Source of the DNA: Phoronis australis
Taxonomy: Eukaryota; Animalia; Phoronida
Length of the DNA stretch: 64,000 bases
NCBI GenBank assembly: GCA_002633005.1
Contig: NMRA01000143.1
Coordinates: 501,402-565,401 of the forward strand
Direction: 5' to 3'
The position numbers were made by a program, and so were the translations under genes. The stretch's first letter is position 1; every line of letters begins with the position of its first letter. The notes under the pieces are model-generated. The model made no database searches. It was not told the origin of the DNA and saw only the letters and a list, made by a program, of their open reading frames with translations. Below, piece by piece: positions 1 through 12,000 of this stretch.

Positions 1-1128
1 ATTTGAGAGTTATCCGAGGGTTGCGGAACATTATTTTGTTTCAGAGCGGAACTGGTTGGTAACGCTGTTTTTAATATCTGTTAAGAAGGATGCCATATAA
101 AAACCATATGAAAATGAAAAATCACTATATACTCAAAAATTCATACAGAACTAATACTTTGTGCATGTGTTGGGATGCTTGCCCAAAGTACACTGCTGCA
201 ATATTTGCACTCAATGACCTTTGGTTACCGAGATATGACCTATTTGGCTATAAAGTCATATTTTGCATTTTTTCATGTCAGTAAAACTGCATTTTGAACG
301 GCAAAAAATCAGACTTGGAAAACTGGTGACAAAGTTTGACATTGATGGTCATAAAGACTCATGTAAGGTTAGTAAGAAATTGAAATTTGCAACTCATAGG
401 TACAATTAAATTTCCAGCAGGGGAGAAAACTCCAAGACCACTTTTCAGGCCAGTCACAAGTGGCAAGATGTTGCTTAACCTGCCTGCTATATCGGAATGT
501 ATTTGAAGTTGAAATTCTCTTTGTAGACACTTCTAAGANGCGTGAAGCGATGATGTGTTGTTGCTAACAAAAAGTCACCTACTTCCAAGTACTATTATTT
601 GCTATTTTTCGGAAAAAGTACAAAGTGGTCGTAAAAAGGGTTAAAAAAAACTCAAAAACTCTTAAAAATTCAGGCTCAGGTTTCTTTTGACAAGGCCAGC
701 TGATATGCTAAGTTTCAAAAAAATTGGTGATTTTGCATATATAGCCCACCATCTGGTTTTTATATGGAATTGCTCTTAAAATGCCAAAACTGGGTTTGGT
801 ACCCTTTTAACTATTTGCACTCCATTAGGCTGCAATGGGTTCGAGTACGTCTGTGTGTGTGAGTATGTGTGTGAATAGGTTGACTCAAAAATCATGAATC
901 GATTATGACATTTCAATTCAAAGGAGCATCTAAAAAGGTCAAACACCAAATGGGCATACTTTGGACACAATGGCCCGAGGTGTTACCATGGTTACAGTGA
1001 CGAAAACTATATCTTCATATTCATTTGCATTTATCAACTAGGTAAACATGCTAGTCTAAAACAATTTCAAATTAACGAAAAAATAATAGACATGATTCTC
1101 AATAAAATGTGAACACAACAGAAAAATT

Positions 1129-4100
1129 TCATTCATCGTTTTTGATTTCACTTCCTTTTTCTCTTTCAATTTTTAGAGTTCTTGGTTTTGGCTGTTCACT
1201 CCTTTTTACCGACCCCATCACTGTTAGAAAGCCGTCCTCGCTGATCTGACATTCCAGACTTTCTTGGTCGATTTCCTGAGATGACAGAATGTAGAATACA
1301 CAATGAAACATATTACCAGATTCTAGAACTGAAAGTTTACTTGTAGGCATTTACGTTTGACTCGCAGCTTTGTGAAAACTCCAATGTTTTGCAATGCAGA
1401 AATCGTGGAATTTAGAAAGCTCCGGTTACGAAGCCGGTTGGGACAATTAGCATGGGCGGCGCAGCACTGAAAAAGGGGGGGCTAAAGCCCCCTCAATCCC
1501 CTGTGGTGCATCGCCTATAGACCATGTGCGGCGTAGCACTGAAAAAGTGGGGGCTATAGCCCCCCAGCCCCCTATGGTGAGCAGCCCATGATTAGTAGGG
1601 TGTTTACACTGATGTTTGGATTTTTGACTATTTCAAATTTTTGTTACCGTTCTTCATTCATATTTTTGTGAAAAGTGAAATTCATTCGAAAACCGCAAAA
1701 CTGTCATTTAGATCTTTACCCTATATCGTTGCTCACTACACGTGAACAGTGGCTGATTCGAAAGATCCCAGGGTAGCCCATAACCTTCACAAACTGGTCA
1801 TTTATCAAGCCAACACACAGAGACGATTTCTCAGTATGCCAGAACAATAGTCAGGAAATCATATTGGTTTTGGCTCAGGGATACACTGAAAATCTAACAA
1901 AGACCTCAAAATATGGTTGTGCACTAACAGGTATTCTGGTACCCCTCACTATGTAATGTAAAACTGGAGCAATGCACGTTTTCAGGGAAACTTGACCAAA
2001 ATAGCAGGTGATGATTGCACTTCATAATTTCACGGTGATGGAACCGATATTTTCCGTAGATAAGGCTTCCTGATGAAACGCCCATGGGCGTTTGTTCGGA
2101 AACTTTTGCCAAATAAACGCCCAGTGTGCGTTTATTAGGTGTTACCGGTACTACTTCTGGTGTCAAGTGCCCAGATAGTGGGGCGTTTATTCGGAAAATT
2201 TCCTCTTAAAAGCCCACTCAGCGTTAACTTTTTGTCACAAATTCAGTTGTGAGGAGCATTTATCATTTACATGCGCGCACCCAGCCAAAAATGTAGGGGG
2301 GATCGAATTTTTCGATACGGGGACATTTTATTGAAAGAAATCCACGAGGACTAGGTTCAGGCACACGCACCGTGCATCTGCGTCGACTTCCCGTCGATTT
2401 TGTCGACTTTTGTCTCGTTTACTCGATCTTTTTGTTTCACTGAGGCAGACCTTTTTGGGGTGCTCATTCGCGCCTCCCAAGCCACCCACCGGGTGCGCCC
2501 ATGATTTACAAAAAACGAACAAGGTGTTGGCGAACTATGCATTTATTAACATAAAATTAAAAAACACAGTTTTAAGTAAAAAAAATGTCAAAGTCAGGGG
2601 AAAGCTATGACATTCCGTTTACAAGCCCCCCTTTTAAGAATAAACGCACGGGCGTTTATATGGTGTTACTAAAACACCTTAAAATTTTCATTTTCCGAAT
2701 ACACACCCATGGGCTTATCTACGGAAAGTCTCAGTAATGCGCTTGAGTTTACTTCTAAGCCATGTATTAATCAATTTTTACAAAATCACCTTTTTATATT
2801 TAATACAAGTGAACTTGAAATTAGTACCAGAGCTTTACTAACCAGAAATAAACCCGCGTTACGGTTAAGGAATTAAATTTCGCTATAAAATTGGTCTCAA
2901 CTTGTTCCTTATACTTGTTACTTGTAGATGTGCACCGCCACTCAGACGGAGCCACTTTCAGGATGATTCAGTTTGAGAGATTCCACCATTCAGATACTCA
3001 TAGACAATGAAAGTCCGGTTTTGCGAAATTCTTGTAAAAAGAAAGCTAGGTCCAGGGATTTTGAATTTTTACCAGTAAAAATTGGAAACTTAGAGTTAGA
3101 TATCCCGTATGATTGCTATAGGGTTATGATGCCAGGAAAAACAAACGGGCAGACAGAAATGTTGACTGAGGTAAAAAAGTGGTGGACTCACTTCCGGTAT
3201 TGAGAATTCCCTGGTGAACTCCCTAGCAACCATCCCATAGTCGTCGTGTTTCGTTTCGTGCTTGCCACTGATTTTAATCGTGTTATCTGCAATCTTCACG
3301 CCGATTTCCTCTGGAGTGTAATGCTGCACGTCGACCCTGACACGAAATTCTCCGTCAGTAAACTTTATCTGAAAAAAAATTAGCATCCACAAAACTTGTA
3401 GGCCTATACTCGGTTATTTCAATTGCCAAGGTCCCCCGTGAGGTACTCTCCGTACTCGGTCGTCCCTTGCGGTTAGTGGCTCAGCCATGAGGACTTTGCG
3501 GCTGCCCATGAGCCTAAACTTCTTCCGAAAATTCGTGGTGTTTCAAATATTATTGCTTGCCCTTGCCCACGTGCCTTTGTGCAGCTTTTCAAAAAACAAA
3601 CAAAAAACACACACCGGACCTTGGGTGAAATTGATGTGGGGCGTTCAACACTGGCTGCTGAAAACTGAGTCACGGTCAGTAGAGACTACTGAGGGGCCGC
3701 CCGCTCCAAGAAACTGACTTAAGTTCATTTTTGATTTAAAATAAGTGTAACATATGTCTCAATTTCCAAACTTTGAAATTTCCAAGATAATCAAAATTCT
3801 TAGACAAAAAATTAAGTCAAAAACTCAAGTCAAACCTAAGATCTCTTTCTTGAAACAGACTTGAGACAAATTTAGGCCTAAGTTATATCTTAAAAAATGG
3901 CTTAAAGTTTAAGATTTGTCTTAGCTAAGTCAGTTTTCTTCAGTGCACGGAACGGGCCCCAGATCAACACCAGTTATGTGCAAACTGATGACCAAAACGG
4001 AATAAATCAAAAGATTATGACAAAAATCCCTTTTTTGCCCTACTTGCCAACTGTGCTCGCTTTTATTCAGACAGTTCCGCTTTCAGTGAAGGACCGATGT

Positions 4101-4804
4101 CCCGCCGTCAGCTGCTGCACCGGCGTTCAGTTCCTCGCTTTTGGACTCGCCTACCGTACATCTGAAGGAAACTGCCTTAACTCGGCAAAGTCCAATTTCC
4201 CATTCGACTAAAAACGTTGTCAGAGTATTTTCTTGTGTTGCGCTTACTTTTCACCCTTGTGCTTTCAGGCAGCAGGCCTCAAGCTAGAAGGCCGAATGTC
4301 CGACGGCCGCGTCCACTCGCCGCGATCAGTCATCAGTGAGAACCAGCTAGATTTGGGCTCCACTGAATAACAGACACCAAATTTAAATAAAGCAACTCAA
4401 CTGGTTATCTCGATAAAATAGCACCTATCGACGGACTTCGGAGAAGGGAGCCGAGTTGCAAAATAGCTTACCTCGGGGAGAGCTGACTCAGCAGAAATTA
4501 CGCCGTGTCTCGGCCCCCACCAGCCGGGGCCGTACCCATGTCTTGCGGGAAATGCCCTGTCAAGGTCTCTTTGCATTTCTTCCATAACTTTTGCCGCCTC
4601 TCTCATGAAGCCAAATGGAAATGCGCGGTTGCCAGAAAACCATGAGCCCCCGGGGCCCCACCGAGGATAGAGCCACCTCCCGCGACCGTGTCCCCCTTCG
4701 TTTTGTAAACACTGGGTATCTCGGAAACCTCGGCGAAGCTGATATTGCCGTGCGGAACATAACGAGCGCCTAAAAAGATCCTGGAAAACTCTTCGATAAG
4801 ACAT
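1129..4804 (-). CDS. Small heat-shock protein (alpha-crystallin/HSP20 domain), 3 exons, ~218 aa
   Basis: Exons 4804-4472, 3368-3192 and 1275-1129, all phase 0 with GT..AG introns. Exons 2-3 encode FRVRVDVQHYTPEEIGVK..ISGKHETKHDDYGMVAREFTREFSIPEEIDQESLEC.ISEDGFLTV, a typical metazoan alpha-crystallin domain, followed by a C-terminal IXI-like motif (RTLKIER). Confidence 0.92.
1451..1590. mobile_element. Short MITE with CA(T/C)GGGC termini and 5-bp TSD
   Basis: TIR CATGGGC..GCCCATG with TSD ATTAG; relatives at 11678-11731 and 41795-41929. Confidence 0.7.
2043..2736. mobile_element. MITE, possibly pogo/Tc1-type
   Basis: Inverted ends CCGATATTTTCCGTAGATAAG and CTTATCTACGGAAAGTCTCAGTA; internal (T)AAACGCCC/GGGCGTTT subrepeats. 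Confidence 0.55.
3693..3960. mobile_element. PIF/Harbinger-like MITE (family A)
   Basis: GGGCC..CCAAGAAACTGACTTAAG..TTAGCTAAGTCAGTTTTCTT..GAACGGGCCC; same family as 46204-46453. Confidence 0.65.
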
Positions 4805-5299
4805 TTCGACCTTCGCGTACAGCAACTTTATTGCGCACTAAAAAAAAATTATCTGACGAAATAAACTGAGACGGTCGAGGTCCGTGACCCACTTTTGTGT
4901 ATGACCTAATCTCGAACCAGCGCCCTCTATAGCTTATTGTCATTGCGGCGGAGCATGTGTGCATGGTGTCGCCCAACCATAGATATTAGTATATAGTCCA
5001 TGCACCAACTGTCTCGCGGCAAGAAAAATCAGCCACTGAAAATTACTTTTTGAAATTACACCTCGCGCAATTTCGCGAAGACTAGCTTTTCTTGCGAGGC
5101 CCTGGTGAGGTCCTAACATTACCTCAACTCAACGCTGCCTATTGATCTCTGCCACTAAAATCGGATTTCGCCAAGCGGCAGCTCCGGGCCAACCTTGCAT
5201 CATGGCGACATCCCGTTGCTCCCAACTTGTTCGATTCTATAGCCCAACAACAAGTTGGGAAGTTTACCTCCGTAGCCAATATCTTACACGACTGATTAA

Positions 5300-6240
5300 A
5301 GGAGCATGCCACCCAAAAACAACCTAATTTGTATCAATTTAGATCGAGTAGTTCTACTCCACAGCGGTCGTGGCGCACACAGCCGGGGTCGACGAGTCTA
5401 TCTCTGCCAGCCGTTATCGCCACAGTACAAGATTAGAAACAATGAACCTTGTTTTTTTAATTATTCAGTAATTGCGCTTTCAGAATATAGTATAACGGAA
5501 GCGTTGGCCAGACTGAGAAGCACGCGCTTACGGGGAACATCCTCTAGTTCCGGGGAACAGTCGAGAGTAAGTCTGGTGTTCGAGACATGATTTTTTCCAA
5601 CCAGTGGCTCTCTAGGTTTCGTTGGAGCTAGCTGAATGGAAATTATACGTGACATGTTTGAAGTAAACTGCCTTTTCTCGTCTGAGTATCTTAGGGAGGC
5701 ACGTGTTACACACAGCCTTTGGCGTTCGTAAATTCCAGTGCAGGAGTGGAAAAGTGTAGCGAGTAGACTACAACTCCCTGTCATGACGGCTGGACGGAAG
5801 CCGATCATCAGAGTAGTCTTCCTTCATGACTTACAATGCATTAGCAACAATTAAGAAAGTTAGCAAGGTGGCTAAGTCACACCTTAATAGTTGTTACCAA
5901 TCGTTCTTGCTGTTAACAGAATTCGCCGTCGTGACAGGAAAAGAATGACATTTTTCCGATTACGTTTGTCCTGTACTATATATACTCTGCCTTTATTCCA
6001 TCCAATCTTAATACACAGACAGTGAATACCTGTCACAACTTATTTGGATATTGCTAACAAATCATAGCAATCAACCAATCAAAACAGAATACCCATGTCT
6101 GTTACTTAGATTACAAAGAAGCACGGACTTGGTGACCATGAGACAGTTCGTTTTTGCTTGGCGGTGATCATGACCTCTAGCATACCGTTTCTCAGAAATA
6201 AACTTTTAACCGAGGAAAATCGATTTATTTGCATACTCCT
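5300..6240. mobile_element. TTAA-targeting non-autonomous DNA transposon (Kolobok-like)
   Basis: TTAA|AGGAGCATGC..GCATACTCC|TTAA. Its left junction is the TTAA of a repeat whose uninterrupted copy lies at ~9943-10120; a related left end occurs at ~37573. Confidence 0.55.
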
Positions 6241-6364
6241 TAATATATGGTAATGTAGGAACTGGACAATGCTATTTTAACATAATTTATGCCAAACAAA
6301 GTGTAGTTGTATTCATTGACAACTTGTAAATGTGAAAACAAAAAATTTGTTAACAGGTTACCTT

Positions 6365-6832
6365 AGCTAAAAGCATGAAAATTTTGAGACATCCAGTTGA
6401 GAAAACGGATAAAGTTTAGGTCTAATACTGGAATAAAAATGCGTATGTCACAACATCGTCGTCCCAGCTGCGGGGACACTTAGGTCAATGATTCGGCTAT
6501 TTTTAGCCACTTGTGCGCCACTGGACATGATTTCAATACTGATGATATCGCTATCCTAGACTATGAGGAAGTCTGGTTCAGAAGGGGTGTAAAGGAAGCT
6601 CTCCATGAGCGTATTAAGAGTGCCTCCTTAAATAATAGAGGCGGTTTAAGATTCAATTTGCCACACGTATGGGATGGTGTTCTGACGTCAATGCCGCCCC
6701 GTCTGGTCAAAACACCACCAATATTGGCCAGAATAACGATAACGTCACAAGCCAAGCTGACGTCCGTGAGATGCGGACGCAACGTCGCTAATTTTTGTAA
6801 GTTTTTATTCCAGTATTAGACTCAAACTTTAT
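6365..6832 (+). mobile_element. 5'-truncated Penelope-like element (GIY-YIG C-terminus plus pLTR)
   Basis: Encodes SHLCATGHDFNTDDIAILDYEEVWFRRGVKEALHERIKSASLNNRGGLRFNLPHVWD, a typical PLE endonuclease C-terminus. Flanked by an 11-bp TSD CAGGTTACCTT (6354-6364 and 6833-6843), with an inverted copy of the 3' end at ~6405-6440. Confidence 0.8.
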
Positions 6833-7634
6833 CAGGTTACCTTTGGACTAATGACGTACCTCGAGGATTTACATAGCCTGTATTATGCAGTGTTATTCCC
6901 CAGCACACGTCACGATACTAACAGGACACGGTTCAGTGATTTGCGGAGCATCATTTTTGCCACAAAACTCGTTCTCAAAAACATTCACACCGTCGCTATA
7001 TGTTGTGTTTCTAACTAATTTGGCCAAGCAATCACAGAGATAAGAAATTAGCCTGCCTAGTTCCACTTCAATTGAAAACAAATAAAATTGACCAGCAAAT
7101 TAATTTGACATCTTTGTAGGCCACACTACGGTTAATGTCATTCACAATTTTAGTGAATAAAAACCACACGATATATTAAAGCCAATATGTTGGGTTTAAG
7201 GGACATTATTAAAAAATCTTCGTTTTTAGTTACATATCTCCAAACTATAAATTTCAACTGGGTAAAAGTACAAACATTTTCTGGAAGTTAAAAGCCTGTA
7301 AAAATTAATTTTAGTTTTGTACCAATCTGCCATTAATTGGGTCACGTGACCATGTCTTTTCAACAAAATTTTGCCATAAAGTACATTGATTGTAAAACAG
7401 TGGTATCCAGAACATAATCAACTTTCATTTGATGTAAATGTTCAGGATGGATGAGATCTAAAAACGCAGGTTTCTAAAATATCATTTTGCTTTTCTTTTA
7501 GGGCACTTTAGATATTTGGTGACAATTATAAAACTTCTATTTTTGATAGCCATTTATGCAAAAGTGGAACATCAATTTAAAAGCAATTCCTTGAAGCATT
7601 TTTGAGAACAGCACATAAAGCATCAGAAAGTTAA

Positions 7635-7745
7635 ATATGAATCCTATCAGGTATCACATTCAGAATTTAGCATATGAATCCTATCAGGTATCACATCCAG
7701 AAGTTAGCATATGAATCCTATCAGGTATCACATTCAGAAGTTAGC
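7635..7745. repeat. Tandem repeat, 37-bp unit x3
   Basis: ATATGAATCCTATCAGGTATCACA(T)TCAGAAGTTAGC recurs at 7635, 7672 and 7709. Confidence 0.9.
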
Positions 7746-8203
7746 CCAACTTTTTCTTGGGTTCTATATAACCTAGCATATGTTCAACAGTTCAGTGATT
7801 TTTATCCAAGTTGTGACTTGCTGGCAAAAACTTTTGATGGCTTCTGTTTTTGGTAGCCCAAAGTTAGATTTTACAATTGCCAGTTTTAACCAGTAAAAGC
7901 AAAGCCAATAAATTATGGAAGACATAAAACATTTTATAAAGCCACAACTAGCAATAATCAGATAGAGTTGAAATTACCAGACCATTAAACAAGAATCAAG
8001 CACCTGCCACCAAAAACCCAGTTTGTAACAACACAATTCAAAACACTTGAAGTCATTACAAGTAAAAAAACTCCACAACCTTTATCATTACCAAAGCAGA
8101 TTTTTTAAAATGGTCCAGCTTGTGACTTTAAACTAAACAGTTAATAAATAAAGACTAAAAATTTGGCAATATATACAATTGGATAACTGCAGCCTTCCTG
8201 GAC

Positions 8204-8402
8204 AATTTACCATCTGGCATTTATACAACACGTGTCTTGGTATCATTTACCATCTGCCATTTATACAACACATGTCTGTATCATTTACCACATGCCATTT
8301 ATACAACAAATGTCTCGTATCATTTACCATCTGCCATTTATACAACAAATGTCTCCTATCATTCACCACATGCCATTTATACAACACATGTCCTGTATCA
8401 TT
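8204..8402. repeat. Tandem repeat, ~39-bp unit x5
   Basis: Recurrent TATCATTTACCATCTGCCATTTATACAACA; it explains the repetitive ORFs at 8179-8461. Confidence 0.9.
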
Positions 8403-9085
8403 TCTCCAATCAAACAAGTTTAAGACAATGCAAAAAAATGAATCATGATATAATACAATGAATATCTCAAATTCTGTGCATTAAAATTAACATCTGATAC
8501 AAAGTGAATACCATACCTCAACACTTGTGTTAGCAGCGCCCCCTTTTGTTCAGACTGCCATGGTTATTGCTTGATAAGATTTTACTCTCACAATAAACAA
8601 GTCTTTTGTTTTTTTTTGTAGTTAGATCTCTTCAACTTATTGAAGCTCAGCATTTTGCCTTGGTCAGAATATTAAAAGATCACAAAACTAATGATTAAAC
8701 AACCAACAAATATGTAAAAAACTAGCGTTGTATGTACAGCTCACACAGAGCAGTTTTATGTAACTTTAATAGTGAATTAATGACCAGTTATCAGAAAGTA
8801 TTCCATTTACTTGAGACTCTAGTCACAAATATTTGGCACAGGTAATTTCTTAATTTCAACATGAGAGCTTTTGACTTCAACAACCCCCAACCCTGTGCCA
8901 CAAGCCACAAAAAGCACTTCCACAAGGAAATTTCAGAAAGTTCATTTCAGTCAAACTCGATACGATTCATTAAATAATTGACTTCATTTCGCTTGACAGC
9001 CACCAAAAGCCACCATAACTAAAACAAATAATAAATTTTCTGATTTTCCACCAGACAATTCAATTTTAAACTTTTAACTTTGTCT

Positions 9086-12000
9086 CTACGCACTGTGATA
9101 CATGACAAGCGCAACGGCGACAAGAACAAACGAAGACAAGAAATAGACATTGAGTTGTAGGTCGAAGATGACAACGGATAGGACGGTGGTGACAAGCATG
9201 GCACATGAAATGACAAAGAGGCGAGCAATGTTACTCGCATGCTTCATAATGGCAGAGAACATCAAACCAGACAGACCCTAGAAAGAAACAGAAAGAATTA
9301 CTACGTGATAATACTAGTCACAACATTCAGAAATATATTGGAGATTTGTAATGAAATTACAAAACATAAAAGGATTTTGTTGGTTTAAGCTCTGGTCGAA
9401 GATGATAGCTTCAAGACATCTATCTCATCCAATAATAAATAAATAATCCCAAAAACGCATGCTTTGACCGTAAAACCAATAGTGTCCCCTTAAATAAACT
9501 CCAATAGGTAATTAGGTACTTACTAGATGGCTTAAATGTAGAAAATGCCTTTATACTATCGGAATAGGTCAACAATTGAAAACTGATGTAAGATTCTGAC
9601 ACGATGTCACTGGATGCATTTCTACAAGTAAAACCATGGTTCTACCAGCACCATCAAGTAAATCCCAAGTTCCTATTTCTGCCTCACCAGAGATCTCCCT
9701 GACATCAGTCCAATAAAATCTCACCTGAGTCAGCACTACTATCCACGTGTATATACTAAAGCCTTTGAAGAAGCTGCCCGATTCGGAGTCCCACTCCTGA
9801 TGCAGGTAGGCGGCACTGTTGAACAGAACGCCAAATGAGTACAAGATGAGGTTCTGAAGATGGATGGAAGACTGAAATGCAGAACACGTTGATACAGTGA
9901 GACATGGTTGGGCGACTGTCAATGGATTTTAAAATGTTGAACAGCCCAACAACAAGTTGGGAAGTTTACCCCTGGTAGCCAATATCTTACACGACTGATT
10001 AACTCCATTCTGGCATTCATGGTTGGAGGGCCTGCACTCTTTTGTTCGATAATTGCTTTAATCTCCAATAAGATCGTATATATACCCTGACTGAATTGTC
10101 CTGTTAAAAATAAAAGTTAAGTTGTAACTTATTTGAACATAAACCAATAGCATTTCTGAAATCTTTGTCAAATGGTGATCATGTTTTTGAATCGCCAAAA
10201 TCGGAGTTTGGCTGTTCATACATGGTCTGTAATAAGCCTGGTAGATAAGTAGTCTGCTTGTTGTCATAACAAACAAAAGACTGTGCTTGGCAGTTAACAA
10301 AGAAGCTAGATGTTATCACATGCTCACAACCCTCTACATCTGGTAAAGTCACTGGATGGAAAAACGCCGTCATGGAGGCTTGAAGATTGATGATACACTT
10401 CCGTGTCATCAATAGAGGAGTTTCTTCCAAAGATTTCCAAAAGAATCCTACCATGGCTACTCTTCATCATGAGAGAAAAAAGGTTCTAAAAAGCCTCATG
10501 GGAACCTATTCAGCATCCTCGTACATGTCTGCAGAATTATTGTAAGTACTTCAAGCACAGTACAGGACATGACAAGTAAAGTGCAGTTAGACAAAAGTAA
10601 TCAAATACAGTACAAGATAAAAGTAACCAGACAAAACACTGTTTTCCCATCATGATGGTTAATTCTGTTGACCGCAAAATTTACTGGCAATAACTAATAA
10701 GGTGGCAAAATCCAAATTACAAAATGATGAAGCCATCTTGCCACTCTACTCTCGTGATAAATTCAGCTTCCGCCCTGCCGTTATGACGAGGAATTCCAAG
10801 ACACTTTGACTGAATACGTTTGGTTTGTACTGTAACAACTTTCAATTTTACCTGATAATGTTTCTTCAGTATATATTCTGTGTAGACTCCAGCCAGACCA
10901 GAAATTAGACAGTATAATGTAATCATGGTTATCCCAGTAGCTGTGATGTGAATGTAAGAGCTTGTGTCCACACCTGGTGACATCATCTTCTGAAGGCCTC
11001 CGTAGCTGAAGACGCAAACAATGAAGCCTAATCAAGTTCAGCAAAGACACTATTAAAGAGAGATGAATTGTGGGTGTATAGTTGACGTACTGTTACAAAT
11101 GTGAGTAGGTGAATTACTTATCATAAATTATGTTGTTTAGATGAGGTAACGTTTAAACTGTTAGATTTTGGAGGAGCCATCAATGTCAAAATATCTCAAA
11201 AATGGCTAATGCGATTTGAATGAAACATTCAGACATCACATCTGATGCAAAGTATTACTCTCTTGCATAAGAATTAAAATTGAGACTTTTATGAATTTCA
11301 TGACAAAATCAAACAGTGTGTTACATGAAAACAAAGAGATTAGTTAGAAACTGTGACAACAATTTTGAAATTTTCATTCAAATCAAAAGAAATTCAACCA
11401 ATGACATCCATGTTGTTGCTTTCCAGAGAATGGAGGTCTCTTTTTTGCTATTTTTAACTAATTGTAAATAGAAATGGTCAGCTGACCCAGTCACAGGCAG
11501 ATTGGTATTAAATTTGAAATAAAATTCTACACACTTTCTACTGTTTGAAGCTATCCACTAAAGTTACATCATTTCTAAAATCTATTGGTCCGTTTACTTC
11601 AACCTTTAGCATATTGACATTGGCCAGATGTTTCACGAGTAGCAGAGCAACGGGCAACAGGACATGCAGTGCAATAACACGGGCGGCGCAGCACTATAGC
11701 CCCCCCAGCCCCCTATGGCGCACTGCCCATGAATAACACCTAGCAAAACAGCATGACTAGCTGAACCAAAAGAAAGATGAATGAAGTCATGAGGGTACAT
11801 GACAGTGTCTTCTGTCAGCCCAGAAAACAAGCCATCTACTGACACATGGCTAACACTTCTAGGAAGATCCAGTTTGAGTCTAATACTGGAATAAAAACTT
11901 ACAAAAATTAACGACGTTGCATCCGCATCTTACGGACTTCAGCTTGGCTTGTGACGTTATCGTTATTCTGGCCAATTGGTGGCGTTTTGACCAGACGGCG

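Noticed and set aside
1-776. Possible DNA-transposon end (..ATATGGAATTGCTC, Sola-like)
   Set aside because: The partner end would lie outside the window, so TIR and TSD cannot be verified.
8179-8461. Repetitive Cys/His-rich ORFs
   Set aside because: Translations of a 39-bp minisatellite with no splice or homology support.
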